A model generated the notes under the pieces. That model ran no database searches. It worked only from the letters and a program-made list of their open reading frames with translations, and was not told where the DNA came from. A stretch of 63,608 nucleotides of DNA, counting the filler, from Pelomyxa schiedti (Eukaryota; Protista; Evosea): NCBI GenBank assembly GCA_020536535.1. It is 8 parts of 8 records of this genome, joined end to end, with 100 filler letters (N's around TTAATTAATTAA, not from the genome) between each part and the next. Parts side by side here need not be neighbours in the genome. Positions count along the whole stretch, not along the records: positions 19,431 to 30,599 come from JAHLWZ010001244.1; positions 30,700 to 35,358 come from JAHLWZ010001571.1; 6 more parts are not named here. One strand, given 5' to 3'. Shown in pieces: positions 20,883 to 34,520 of this stretch. The position numbers and the translations under genes are program-made. The first letter of the stretch is position 1; each line of letters opens with the position of its first letter.

Positions 20883-23800
20883 TTATGTTGGCAAAAGTGT
20901 TGTGCTGGGGGCTATCAACGCCAGAGTTAAATGCCTGGTGGGAAGGCCAGGTCCACTGCCTCTGCTGTTTGTATGCCATTGACGGTGTATTCGAAACGCA
21001 GCTTCATCAACACGGGACTCTGTGGTTCTTGTGAGTAGTGACAAGGGTGATTTTCGTGTGTGTACTACCTGCCCATGCTGAGTGTTGGCAAGTTTTATTA
21101 GCTGTGTGGCGGGCTTCATGCTGGAAGCTGGAAGTGTCGTGTCAGAGGCAGGGCTGATTTGAAGTTTCAACCACTAGTGTTTGGCGTTGTTGGTCAGACA
21201 TGTACGAAAAAGGAAAGAGGATAACCTTGGGCACGGCAGCCTTAAGGTTGAACTCTGTCATTGGGGTTGAGGAGGAATTTAGGAGAGTGGCTGTGATGTT
21301 GTAGACTTGAGGCTGACCAACAGGATGGGATACCATGAATGACACTACGAGCCCATTCTTTTGGAAAACAGGTAGAAGTGTGCCAGCAGCTGGAAGGGTT
21401 TGTAAATTGTTATGATGAATTATGTTTGTACCTGTTTGTGTTGAATGAGCCTGCACACTTGTATTGATTGCCGGTGTTGGTGTTGGTGTTGTTACCGCCA
21501 CGGGTACTGATGGTATTGTAGTAGGTAATACCGTGGGTGTAACTGCAGGTGTCGGTGTGGGAATTATTGTTGTGGGGGGTATCAACGAAGCAGTGACGGT
21601 AGATGGTTTAATAGGAGTGGTAGTTGATGGAACTGGCCCTCCAAACAATGCCGATAAGATATTGCCAGAGGTAGTTGGTGGTTTGGCAGGAGTGGTTTCT
21701 GGAAGTACGGATTTAGACAATGATGGTTGAGCAGATTCAGTTTTGACCCCTTTTATGACATCTCCAATAAGAGATATAATCTAGGAAGATTGGGTGTTCC
21801 TTTTAATAGTACTTGATTTTCAAACATACCTCTTCCTTTGGAGCAGGAAGGGGAGATTTCAGGGGATCTTTTGCCGATGACGAAGTTTCTTTCTCTTCAG
21901 GTGGCGGAAGACGGGCTACGACTTCTGTCCTAGACTTTGTTAGATTCACAGAATTATGATTAGTACAACCTAATTTTGTTCCACTTAAACAGATTTGAGT
22001 ACTCACACGAGCGCTGTTGCAATTCTAGATAAACACTTGTTTTATACTTGTCTATCAACCCCCTCAGTCGCCTGTACCAAATGAGCCTTTTTTTTTTTTC
22101 TTTTTAACATACGGAAGGTTGGATTCATCAAAGCGCGAAGTTAATTTCATAAGAGCTGTTAAGGCATATTCTTGGATAGTACATGATAGGTAAGGCGTTT
22201 TCAAGATCCCCTCAATGAGGTCAATAACTTGGGATTGTGTTGGGGGCTGGGGAGATGTTGGTTATCCGAAGTACAATGGAAGTTGCAAACTTGAAGTGGG
22301 TCATCTCCCGGCTCGACTGCTGCTGGATCTGAAACTAGTAGGTCGCCATATTCACCGACACACCATAAGGTAACTTGTTGGAGAGTGGCCTGTGGAGAAC
22401 GAAGTTATTAATTCATGGTATTTAAAACAGAAAAGAGGTGGGAGAAAGAAAAACGAGCCGAGCCACTAACGGTGTAAACGATGATAGAGTTTGAGAGAAC
22501 AAGAGTCACTTGACTTGAACTTACATACTTGGGATTTGTCTTTCACAAGAGTTTGATAGAGTTTCTGCACAGCATATGCTTGCAAATCGGGGGTTTGGCA
22601 CACAACAGTTGACAACATCGAAGGTACTTCGTCAGGGACGAAGTTGCCTGCCTGCATCACAATTTGAGATTAGTACTTCAAGTCAATACCGTGAACTCCA
22701 CTTACAATGGACAGAACCCGTAGGATTGTGTCAAAATACCAGCGTTTATTGGGTGCAAATCTGGGGTGAGATTAAAATTCGCCCACACAAAAAAAAAAAA
22801 GAAGTCTTACTTCTCAGCCACCCAGCAGAGTTTGGCAACAATATCAGGACGAAATTGTAAATCAGAGACAATCAAAAAGTTCAACAGCTCTCGAACAAGT
22901 ATTCGTACATTGTTTTCGTTCACAAGTGCGTAAATAAGCTCCAGAGCCCGTTTCCTTATGGACAAATCTGGATCCTTTGTTCTTGATTAATAGCTGGTTC
23001 CCACACAGAAGGTGAGAGGAAAAGGTAGACTGCTAACTTTAAGGCATTCTACAATGACCTCCCTGTGACGTTGGACAGCATTAACGTCGGCATCAACAAA
23101 TTTGTTGAGAGAATTGAGGGCCACATATCTGTTTAAACCGTTATATTTGCCCCTGTATGTTTAATACTAACCTCATATTATTATCAGGGTTCACTAAGAA
23201 TCTCCCAAGAATATTTACAGCAAGTACTCTCAACCCAGGCTCGGCTTCAATGCCCATAATGGTTTGTACACCTTCATAAAGAATAGCGTTTCCAACATTT
23301 CTTGCACTTTCAGTATTTGTGGCAACCTAACCGAGAAAAATAAATGAAATGTTGTGTGAAACAAGTTCACCTGTGCGAGGACGTCCCTCATCTGCTCTGT
23401 TGTTGCATGATTTCCGTGGCCAAGGACTCTCAAAACTCGCAAAATTTTAACTTGCAGGAATGGGTCAGTGACACCATTTACGTCGTGCTCTGGTGCATAT
23501 CCGGACTGAACTAAACTCTTCAACATAAGGACAAGAGGTTGTGCCAGCTGCAACACGGTTAGAAGGGAGTATGTGGCAGAAAAAAAAAAGCAGAAGCTCA
23601 CATCACGGAAGAAGTTAGCATTCTGTGGATTTGATTCACAGAGCTCCAGAATAAGAGTGAGGAAAGATAACAGGACTCCATGATGTTTTTCGTTGAGTGC
23701 TGGCCCAATTTTTGGCAAAAAAACCTCTGCCAGCTGTGGGCACTTTCGCACAACTTTGATTGCTGCAAGACCAGCCTGTAAAGGTAATTAAAGTCAGAAT

Positions 23801-24393
23801 ATTGAATTGTGTCCGAAAATTACCTTCTTCCGAATGTATGAATTTGGGGAGGACAAGAGTTTGTCTACTTCTGAGCCACAATCCTGTGCAATGCCAGTGG
23901 AAGCAATGTTACCGAGAGTTGTGAGTGCCAAACCAACAATGAATTGATTCATGCTATTAAGATCACTGGGAGCAGAGAGAAGCATCAAAATGAGGGAAAA
24001 AGGTAAGAGGTTTGTCACTTTTGAATGGTATTCGTGGCCAGAGTAAGAACTTCTGAAGTTTCATCAAGTAGTAACATTAAACCCATGTATCCAATGCGTT
24101 TATCAGAGTAGTGGGGAGAAACGATAAGTTTTAGGCACTCCATTTGGCCAAACTGTGTAGGGTAGCCCAGCATTTGGATGTACAGCAGTTTGGCAACATT
24201 TCTAGTTCTATTGCTACTGTCGCCTAGTGTTGTTTTTTATTAGGACAAGAAAAAGTATAAAAGAAATAAATATATACGTGCCCGTAAAAGAATTTCTGAT
24301 ATCGGCACATTCACGTGCAATTACGGCACGCTCCTCCGCAGCAGTACGGCACGCCCTTACTTGTTTAATAAGATCTCTCAGTTTTGTAGCCAT
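20883..24393 (-). CDS. AP1G1: AP-1 complex gamma adaptin (multi-exon)
   Basis: N-terminus [22 protein letters not shown]; [24 protein letters not shown]; [21 protein letters not shown]; ear domain FNLKAAVPK. Confidence 0.93.
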
Positions 24394-24671
24394 TCAACGA
24401 GATCTACACCCCTAACACCCCCACAACACCCACGATTTTGTAGTCGAAGTTCTTGATTTTCTGAGATCCATCACAGAGATCATTTCACTGCTGTTCCTGA
24501 GTACCCGAGCCAGAGCAGAAAAGTGGAATGAGGGGCGGAACTTAGAAAAGAAATGATTTGAGAGGAGCAGGGGGATTATGCCTCCCCAGTCATTGGAGAA
24601 GATCTCCTTGGGTCAAACGAAAAATTCAAAAAAAAACCCAACAACGGTCACATAGAATACGAGTCAAGGGG
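24394..24671. promoter_or_regulatory. Probable bidirectional promoter between AP1G1 and VPS29
   Basis: 278 bp separate the divergent ATGs; contains a GGGGCGG box at ~24532. Confidence 0.45.
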
Positions 24672-25472
24672 ATGGTCCTCACTCTTGTTATTGGTGATAT
24701 GCACGTTCCAATGCGGGCACACATGTTGCCCCAGCAGTTTCGCGCTATGTTTGTGCCCGGCAAGATCCACTACGTAATAAGCACTGGAAACTTGTGCTCG
24801 AAGGAAGTGGCGGATTACCTGCGCCAGATTGCCAGTGAGGTGCACATAGTAAAGGGTGATTTCGACGAGGTGAGATCTATCGATAGAATTGAATAACGTC
24901 AATTTCTAAGACGACGTGCACCCGCTAACTAGACGTAATTCGTAACCCTTAATCTGTTCCAAAAAAAAAACCTACAGCAACTTCAATACCCTGAAGTGAA
25001 AGTTGTGGTTATAGGTCAATTCAAAATTGGAATTTGTCACGGGCATCAAGTAGTTCCGTGGGGTGACCACGAGAGCTTATCCATACTCCAGCGCCAACTT
25101 GACGTGGACATTTTGGTTACAGGTTCCAACTATGCTTGCTAATTCACCAACAAATAACCTCCCTCCAGGCCACACTCACAAGTTCGAGGCATTTGAGCAC
25201 AATGGCAAATTCTTTGTCAATCCAGGCTCCGCTACCGGAGCATTCTCTGGACAAACAATGTATACCGTTCAATTCAAACCTTATTTTCTTCGGCACTTAT
25301 TATAAACCAGGGATGTTGTACCGAGTTTTGTACTGATGGATATTGAAGGTACCCGTCTGACAACATATTTTTACCGATTACTAGGGGAGGAGGTACTTTT
25401 CCTTTCTTCATGGAACAAGAACTTACTTTTTGTAAGGTTAAAGTTGAGAAAATCGAATTCAACAAACCTTAA
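24672..25472 (+). CDS. VPS29: Retromer subunit VPS29 (multi-exon)
   Basis: [66 protein letters not shown]. Confidence 0.95.
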
Positions 25473-25601
25473 GTTTACTCTTGTGGTTAATTAGTAAAAC
25501 AGTCTCACCACCCTTTTATCTCTATGCCATTGCAAAAACTTTTCTTTGTTTTTTTTTTTTTACACATAAATTAAACCTGGATACAAAACCTAATGTCTGG
25601 T

Positions 25602-27617
25602 CTATAATTTCTTGTTGTGGGGTGGAGGCTGTGCACTCTTCTTGGTGGAACTGGAGGCTGGGGGTGTTGGTTTAGTCTTGGCGGTTTCCTTTGGCCCACT
25701 TGACCCAGAAGAGTCTGTTACAGTTAGTTTTTCTTTTTTGATGCAGAAGTGCAAAAATCACACTCATACCACTACTGCCGGTGTAGCTTCCACTAGCACT
25801 GCTGCCTGTACCTTCAGCACTTTCACTCTTGCTATCAGAGGAAGGACTCTTCTGGCTGCTGGTCTCACTTCCGCTTCCGCTTCCACTTTTGCTGCTTTTA
25901 CTTCCGCTTTCACTATTGGTTTCACTGTCACTGACTGTAAGCAACTCTTGTAATGGTTGAAAGTTTTTTATCTTGGTCTGAAGTGTTTGTCTGACCTGGA
26001 AAAATAAACAAGATAAAGTGAAGTAAGCAAGGACCTTTTCACTTTTGATGCTAGCACTCTCAAGAAGTTTACTGTCTTCGATCTTTTTGCTTAACTTATG
26101 GCTAGCTGTGGACATTTTAGTGCTTGTAGTAGTAGCAATTGACTTGGCTCCTGAAGATATCTTTCCCCAGGAAACATTGGATTTCAATTTGCGCAAGCCT
26201 GGAGTGAACGATGGAAGTCTGGGAAAAATGAGCTGATGAACCACAGGACGTGTTTCATACTTCGGAGTTTTTTGTTTATGTGTCACTGTACGAGTCTCAG
26301 AACCTGAACTTCTCCCAGCTTGCCAAGTAAGGTTTATCGGTTCAGCCCATGGTTCCCCCTCAGCATGTTATGCATACAACTGAATGTAGAAACAACAGAT
26401 GCGTACTGTGATGAGAGCATCAATTTTCGATTTGTATGCATCAGTGATATTTGAAGGATATTTTTGCCACCAAGTTATATTTGCTGGAATTTTGTGAACA
26501 GTCATGAAGTCAAGGAAGTTTTGGTTTCCTCCAAGTTTGACACGCGTGAGCAAATCAGTGGACCAGCTTTCTTGCGTGGTACTAAGGACTCGGCTATAAG
26601 AGGGTAAGATTGGGCGTTTGACGAGGAAATGCTAGTTTCCATCCACAAAGGAGGGAATATGCCTTATGTGCTCCCCAAAAGCCCTGTGAATAAAAGAGCA
26701 TTGATGGCAAATGAAAATCCCATAGGTGGTTGAGGCCATATCTGGATTTTTTGCCTGGCACTCCACACAAGCCTGTTCATACCAGTTAGGGCATTGTATC
26801 ACATATGGTGAAAACAAGTAATCATTTGGGGGGAGAGGAAAAAAAAGGACACTTGCAGACGTCGTTTCCAGGTATTTCGTGTAACATGGAGAAGGCAGAG
26901 TCCCTATCCTCATCAGAAACCCAGCAGCTACTCCCCAACCCCGTGCTCCCAACAGCCGCACTTATGGGTTCTTCACATTTCCCCATCACCGTAGCCGTAG
27001 TTGCACCTGCATCGTCATCGTCATCGTCATTGTCGTTGTCATTGTCGTTGTCATCGTCATCGGCACCTGAATCTACAGTTGCACTCGCAGTCGCATTTGC
27101 ATTTGCATTTGCATTTGCATTTGTGGTGGTTGGTGTATCAATGTACACGTCGTGGCAGGGCGCCTCCTCCGTGCCACCCTGCTCTTCGATTGCGCCGTCG
27201 TCTGCCCCCCCTACGCCAGCGCTGGCGCTCGCGCTCCCGCACGACTCGCTGGGCTGGTACGCCGCGGCCGAGGTCGAGGTGGCCAGGCGGCTCCGCCGGC
27301 CGGACGACGGCGACACCGACGAGGGGGGCAGCGTGGGGCTGCCTATGGGGCTGCTGCGGCCTCTGCCTGGGACCGCGGGGGACGGGGGCGGCGCAGGGGG
27401 GGCCGCGGCGGCGCTGGTGCTGCGCAGGAGCGTGGGGGAGAAGGAGGGGGAGGGGGGGGGCGGCGGCGGGGGAGACCAGGAGGAGGGGCTCCTCGGGCGA
27501 CGCGAAGGTGGCGGCGGTCACGGCGGCCGTGGCTGTGATGTCGAAGACGTGGGGGGACATGTCGAGAAGCGGCGACGCAGCGTAGGCGTCGATCTCGCGC
27601 ATTGCCACCGAGTCCAT
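25602..27617 (-). CDS. ArfGAP-domain protein with an acidic low-complexity N-terminus and Ser-rich C-terminus
   Basis: PGND..[37 protein letters not shown]..KLGGN (C4 zinc finger + arginine finger). Exon boundaries approximate. Confidence 0.8.
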
Positions 27618-27813
27618 TCTTTGTTTTTTTTTTTGTTTCGGTTTGATCAATCTATTTCTCTGCACTGTTTTCTCACAAGTGTGGAGATGAACAAGGGAGT
27701 CTCATGAGAGCTCTGTGGGGAACAGAGCAATGTGCAGAAGTGGAGAGGAATCGGGCACCTATGGCACATTACTGGGCATCCGAGAAACTCAGGAAAAACA
27801 GATCATTTGGCGA

Positions 27814-28806
27814 ATGTTGATGGTGGATGATAAAGCGGTGATCGACGGCCTGGAATTGGCGAGAGTGAAATGGAAGGTTGGTGATGGCTTGGAATGTTTT
27901 CTTTTTGTGTTTTGTTCTGTGCCTTGGCTTTACTTTCTTTCCTTTTCCCCCTCTTTGGTTTTTGCCCATTTCAACCAGGAAACCAGGGCAGAAATCGATG
28001 AATTGAGAGCAGACCTGGACTCTGTATTGAGAGAACTCTCCGCTCTCGAGGCAACTCAAAGAGACATAAGTGTGCGTTTTCAAAAAAATTCCCCTCCTAT
28101 TTAATGAATGCACACTTCAATGGCATTTTCGAAACTGATTGTCAAAAAACCTGATCCAAGATACCAATTCACAACATAGAATTCATTGGACACAACTGTT
28201 CGTGGGATACACTCAGCACGCACAGCATTGTGCCAGCTCGCACCACCCATCACACCCCCTACTCCACAGCCACCCACCATTCCTTGGCCAACTCCCTCTC
28301 TGGTGTTCGGAAAGGCCTGGTCAGACAGCACCAAAGAAGTGAACTCGGCTTCCGTGGGGCTGTCTTTCACCGCAACCGACGCCACGCTCGGGCCATACTC
28401 GCTCGGGTTCTCCAACCCAGTCACCCAGCTGATGATGCCCGCGTACCCAGCCACCCCCAAAGACTCCTTCTCGCTTGACTTCACCGAGGACGCATTCAAC
28501 AGCAAGGGCGGCAGCCGGGGCGGGAGTGGCCACGGCAGCGCCAACGGAACAGAAGAAAGTGGCGAGAGCAGCGGCAGCGAGATGTCATTCAAGAAGTTCC
28601 CCACGGTCAGTGTCAATTCCCCAAGCGGCGCTGTTCTGGACTTATTCAGGCTGCCCATAGACAACAAGGTGCCATACAACAGCAGCAAATCGGCTAGTAA
28701 CAGGACCAAACCCAGAGCACCCCTTGCAACATCCCCACTAACAATTGATGATGTATGGGACACTGCTGATGTAACATTCCTACAAAAACAAGCTAACAAC
28801 AACTGA
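27814..28806 (+). CDS. Hypothetical protein (N-terminal coiled coil, Ser/Pro-rich C-terminus)
   Basis: Heptads [28 protein letters not shown] introns, long final ORF 28186-28806. Confidence 0.5.
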
Positions 28807-28875
28807 AATCCTGAAATCTTTTATTTTTTTCTATTGATTTTTTTGACCCTAAAGAAACATGACTAGTAACACAGT

Positions 28876-29690
28876 TTACTTCTCGTCCAACCAGGGGTTT
28901 GCCTTTCTGACTTCCTCTTCTTCCTCGGGGGTGGGAGTAAGGATGTCTGGGAGTATTAAGTAAAGAATCGGCGAGAAAGGAGGAAAGCTCACTGAATGTT
29001 TTGCGGATTTCGGCAGGTGTTTTGCCCTTCATCATCAAGGCCACTGTCTTGCAAGTTAGGTCCAGTAGCGGCTTGATATCCAAGTAGTTTGCGGCCTAAT
29101 GAAAGTTCAGAATTTTGTGAGGGAAACGGGAGCATACCAAAATCAACTGGAAAAGAGTCTCCTGGTCAACTTTGGTATACTCTAGATCCCAAGGGGCAAT
29201 ATCGTCAAGTCTTCGCTCTTTCTCGTCTCGCTTGTCGTCTGGTGAGGGGTTCGCGTGATGGTACCTAGAAAACAAGTTACTTAGTATTCAAAAGACACGA
29301 GATTGTACTCACGTGCAATATTCGAGGACTTTGTTCAGAATTTTTACTGTTACGTTGGGAAGAGGTATAGGTGCGTTTGTCTCGCCGAGGTCTACAACAT
29401 CACAGACTACAGTTAGTCTCGAATATAGGTGAACGTAACAGTAAAAATGAATTCATTATACGAAAGGGGACGTTACCGTCAAGCATGTTTTTGATAGTAA
29501 CGGACATTTTTGCTATTTCTACGGGGGCCTCGATGACTTGGGATTCGCTGCTCTCTAGTTTCACCATCTTAACATCAGCGGGAGTTGCAGATGCCGTAGA
29601 TGTAGTCGCAGCAGTAGTAGCGGTAGCAGTGGCAGTGGTAGGGTCCGTTGTAGCCGGTGTCGCAGTTTCGGTGGGTGTTGTGGTAGCCAT
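28876..29690 (-). CDS. SKP1: SKP1-family SCF adaptor with a Thr/Ala-rich N-terminal extension
   Basis: [82 protein letters not shown]. Confidence 0.93.
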
Positions 29691-30699
29691 GTGTCCTTTG
29701 GTAAGATCTTAGAAGTTGTGTTTGTTTTCTTGATTTTCCCCAGATGCCGCTCGAGCCGTTAAAAAGGCTAAATTGACCAGTTTGATGACTTGGTCTTTCT
29801 AGAGAAGCCAGAGACCCCAAAAAAAGGGGCTTCAGTTGTCTCACTCCTCGAAGAATTTCCTCGTGACACAATCGAGCCATTCATATCTCCCATAAGAGGG
29901 GACTGGAACCCATTAGCTGAGAGGACCGGGTCTTGGAGGTGATCGCATATCAAGTGTGATGTTCGCAGAACTCTGTTCTTGATGAGGTTCCTGCGAAGTT
30001 TTAACCTGTCGTTTGGCAATGGAGCTAGCGAATTACAGGCAGCGAGCTGCAAGACCATCGCAGCTCCTCCCCCCAAGTTATCTGGGCCGTCCGGTCGCTT
30101 CCTGTCCCTCGAATCCATTCGAGGGCGCGCATCATCGCGTCGATTGTCGGCGACTACGGTGACGGACACACAAGCACAGGCACTGCCAACAGAGCCACAA
30201 GGAGAAGAGAGCCGCGATGATGCCCAACCCACACATGCAACAGGACGTTCATGGATAAGATAAGGGTCGTTCTTACCAGAACAACGACTGCAGTGCACTC
30301 ATGGATCGTCATGTTACGCGCCCACGATGCGCGCGGAAACAGGCGGCTCTGGACCGGGGGGAATGGGCGAAGCAACGCAGGACGCCCGTGGAGGAAATGC
30401 CAGCGATTCCCGATGGTGTTGCTGATGACGGAGAACAGAGGGAAAAGTTAGAGACAGTGGTGATGGGATTCTGCATGGAGAGACCGGGTGTTCCAGCCAA
30501 CTGGGAAGTACGGCTATCAGAGACCCTCCATGTCTGGCTCCCCCCTCTCGATGTTTCATCCTATTCTTCAGATTAAACCCAGAATTAATTTCACACTCAN
30601 NNNNNNNNNNNNNNNNNNNNNNNNNNNNNNNNNNNNNNNNNNNTTAATTAATTAANNNNNNNNNNNNNNNNNNNNNNNNNNNNNNNNNNNNNNNNNNNN

Positions 30700-31049
30700 A
30701 GTCCACGTTCTAATTTGTTGGAGCCACTGATCAATACACTCAAAAGTGTGGTGCTTGCTCAGATCAAAAAAAATGAGGATGGCTGTGGTGGGTGTTGGGG
30801 GTTGCCATTCAGAAGACAAAGATAGAAATGCAGAATAGTTACCAGCAGCCTCTTCAAACCAATAAACAGGTTTACCAATGGGAGGCTCGTTATCTGCTTC
30901 ATCCCAAATCTCAACAAAGAGAGAAATCCTATTAGAGCACACAAAAAGAAAGGAAGCAAGCAAGAAGAAACCTTGGTTTTAAACATGGTGTGTTTACCTT
31001 TGTGCACATAGTCATAACTCCCGCAGTAGAAATCGTCCTTGTCACGCAT
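30700..31049 (-). CDS. Degenerate Rab-like small GTPase fragment, truncated by the scaffold end
   Basis: YDYVHK (cf. YDYLFK), VEIWDEA (cf. QIWDTA), AILIFFDLSKHHTFECIDQWLQQIR; no P-loop visible. Confidence 0.5.
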
Positions 31050-34046
31050 CGGTCTTTCCTTTCCTTTTTAATGTACCGCGCACACGTTTGTGTGAATTGT
31101 GGGTGGCCGCATGATCGAATTAGCTCGAGGGGCGACACGCACGCGAATTAGAATCTGTTGCATCATGATATGTACAAAGATGCCTGAATGTTGTTTTGCC
31201 GAGGCCGGGCTCCCCCGGCCACCAATCATATACTTGGTGTATCGCTCCCAGTTGACAATAATTATGGGTGACGCCATACAGGTCCCTTTCGACGAAAGCA
31301 ACGACCACAACGGTCTTAGCACTGGTGGTGGCACTGCCGCTGTTGTTGTTATTCCAGTGATGCAAGAGCCACCTGCTGAATCGGTGGTTGCTGTGAAGCC
31401 GCGTGTGAGAACGGTGCCCACATTGATTGTTGTGTACATACAGTTCTTGTGTGGATGGCACAGGAGGACCGGTTGGGTTCTTTTTTATTGAACATTACTT
31501 AATAGTTTGAATTGTGGAATGCTAACACTGTTGAAAGGTGCGAAAAGCGTTATGTGCAGAATGAGTGTACCGGAAGAAGTAGGGCTCGCTATTGCCAAGA
31601 TAATGAAAGTTGTAATCCCAACGCGATGTGCAAGGTGCTGGACAACGTACATTCCGGGCCTAAGCACCAGTGACGAATGCCGCTGGCACCCTGTAACTTT
31701 CCCATTTCAAGAACTGATTGTAAAGTTGACTGACTCGGTTCTGTAGGGTGTATGACTGCCACCTTTACCTTTATTTTGAAACTAACACCTCGTACTTTTT
31801 TCTCTGTTGATTTGGAAAAGACAGTATGTACATTTCATTATTTTTTTCGCTTTTTCTGATTTCGTCAGTCTGTATGCACTGACACGCTACAATCTTTTCG
31901 TTAACATTTCGAATAAAACCGGTCGATACATTTCGACACTTACTTGCACAATTGGCTTAGGAAGTATTTTCCAGACTCTTTCATTCCCCTCCTTACACTA
32001 CCATAACAGACTGTCTCTTATGTGTGTAGCAAAATTGCCAGGTTCTTCTTTCTAATGATATTTACTTCACGCTCTGTTTGTACTACCCAAGTGGAATGTG
32101 TGGTGCCCTTAAAAAATCAAAAGCAAGTTCCCACCCTCAACACATAGGATGTAGGATATTTCTCATTCTTATGTGATTATTTGATGTGTGGTAAAACACC
32201 GGCTTCTGTTTTCACAGGGAGTAGGCACTTCCTTGACCAATTATTCCAGTTAACGCCATCTTAATGCAGGACCGTGAGTCATTTTGGAGCTGCTGTGGAT
32301 TCTCTGATAGACCGTGTAAGTCTGCTCCCCACATTGCCACATTGCCTCCAGATGCAACCAACAATAGTAATCTGTAAGAGTGGTGGTCCAGGAGAGGGAC
32401 GTTGTGGACTGAATAGTGTTGCTGTTCTCATATGTTTGTGTTTGCTTATATAACAACTTTGTCTTAACTATTTACACGATACAGAGGGGGTTTATAAGGT
32501 GGGTCGGTTGGCTGGTGCCTGTTAGCTTGAACACACTCGTTCCCGTGAATGACCATAATTAGTTGGCCAACTTGGCGCCCAATCACCGCGGCGAGATTCC
32601 CTGAATCCATCGGCCATCACTCCTCACAATTGGTTGGGGTGATGGGTGAGGGTGATGCCAGTGACTCCAGATCCCATCCATCCCTATCCATGCATGGAGG
32701 TGTGCCAGGGAGCAGAAAACAACACAGACCACCCATCACCCTCAATTGTATCTTTCTCAACTGTTGGCAATGATGTGTGCGTCATGCCTTGGAACAAAGG
32801 TTGGGGTGTTTCTGGAGGAAATAGGGTGGTTGTCATCAATACTCTGGATCTGTTTGATTCCTGATTTCACTAATGTGTAAGCTTGGGTTCCTAAGAGTCG
32901 TCTTGCTACCTTGAGCACCTTACTTTTTTTTTTACCTTTTTTATGGAAAGATGTAACTCTCACAATTTATGTGTTGCATCTAGGTTATTGCTTTAACTGG
33001 ATTTTCTTGTACTATCATTAACAATCGCAGAAAGTACCACAAGCTCCATAAGGATTGAGGAAACCAACACCACGTTCTGGCATGGTGTGGTACCACACAG
33101 ACCCAAGAAGGAAGAAAATAATTAAGAGATTAAAAGGAAAAAATGGTAAAACGAGTGCCCCGGGTGGTCATCTTACAATTTTTTCTTTATTGTCAAACAA
33201 CCACCCTTAAAACGATGGGGTGGTCATTCTTCAATTTTCCTGTGGTTTTTCCTCTATGTAAAATGGTAAAAAACAACAAAAAAAAAACCAAGTGCTGTAG
33301 CATGTGGCCCTGCCCTGCATCAGCTACCCCTGTATTCCCTTTTCTCCCTTTTTACCTTGTTCTTTTTCCTCAGTGTGTAGTTGAAATTGGACCAGTTGTC
33401 ACCCTTTATGGTGGCTCACAATGTGGTGCATTTCCCTTTTCCCCCTTTTCTTCCTTTTCCTGTTAGTTAACTACTGAACTGCTTGGTTGAATTGGATCAG
33501 TGGTTCCACCAAACTCCCATGTTAAATCTTGATATTCTTGCACATCATGGCTACTTTCCTTTTTGGCGGCTCTTCTCTTGGGTGTGCCCTCAACTTGACA
33601 AGCTGCTGTTAAGTTCATGATTTTAGTGAGTTTGCTGGTTTGTCCCATTGGCTTTCTGTTTCTAACACCTCCTCAGTTAACCAAGGCACAGATTCAATTG
33701 ACATGCTGCTATGTCAGACCTCTGCTAGTTGGCAGCAAACTTGGTTGGTCCGTTTTATTGTCTTTCTGCTTCTAACATCCACACAGATTCACACCTTTGG
33801 CCCTGGCAAAGTGCAAGAGACACTGCCTGCAGGTTTGTACTTTCTGCAGATCTTGCCTCTTTTTTCACAAGGGTCCACATAGGTTGCCACTACCATGGTT
33901 GTTGAAAAATCAGGTGAATTTTTTTCTTGGGGTGGGAAGTTAAAAAGTAATAACACAAAGGGGTAACCACCCAAAAAAGGCTCACGCTGTTTGCCTTTTT
34001 TGGGTGGACCCAGCTCCCACTCGGCAAACAGGAAAAATGAGTGGGA

Positions 34047-34146
34047 AAATCCATTCCAGATTTCAAAAATCCATTCCAGACTTCGCAAATCCGTTCTGGA
34101 TTTCGCAAATCCGTTCCAGACTTTGCCAATCCGTTCCGGATTTCGT
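34047..34146. repeat. Five tandem 20-bp units (aaatccgttccagatttcgc consensus)
   Basis: Units at 34047, 34067, 34087, 34107, 34127; a further copy near 34322. Confidence 0.85.
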
Positions 34147-34520
34147 GTTAGGTGTTGCTGCTGATGCTGATGTTCCCATTCCGTTCTTCCTTCTTTCAGT
34201 TCTGTGTCTGGTGTGTCTTTTGCCACTCTGTTCCAAGCAACAAACAACAAGTGGTTGAAGTGGTTGGTTGTTGGCCCTTGCCCTCCTGCTTGTTCCGCAT
34301 CTTCTTTCGCACCGGGGTTGCCAATCCATTCCAGATTTAGTGATGCTGTGCATCCACTGGATACTAAGAATTCATGGGAAGCACACTTTCACATTTTTCT
34401 CATTTTAGTTCAACTAAAATAAATAAACACTTTTGTTCCATCTTTGTCTCACCACAAACGTGTATGTAACTCCCTGTTGTAAGGGACAACATTCACGCAT
34501 TTGGGAAACTTTTAGCTTCT

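Noticed and set aside
34047-34146. Possible CRISPR array (also considered for 52961-53110)
   Set aside because: No unique spacers of regular length, mixed orientation in the second case, no cas genes, eukaryotic context.
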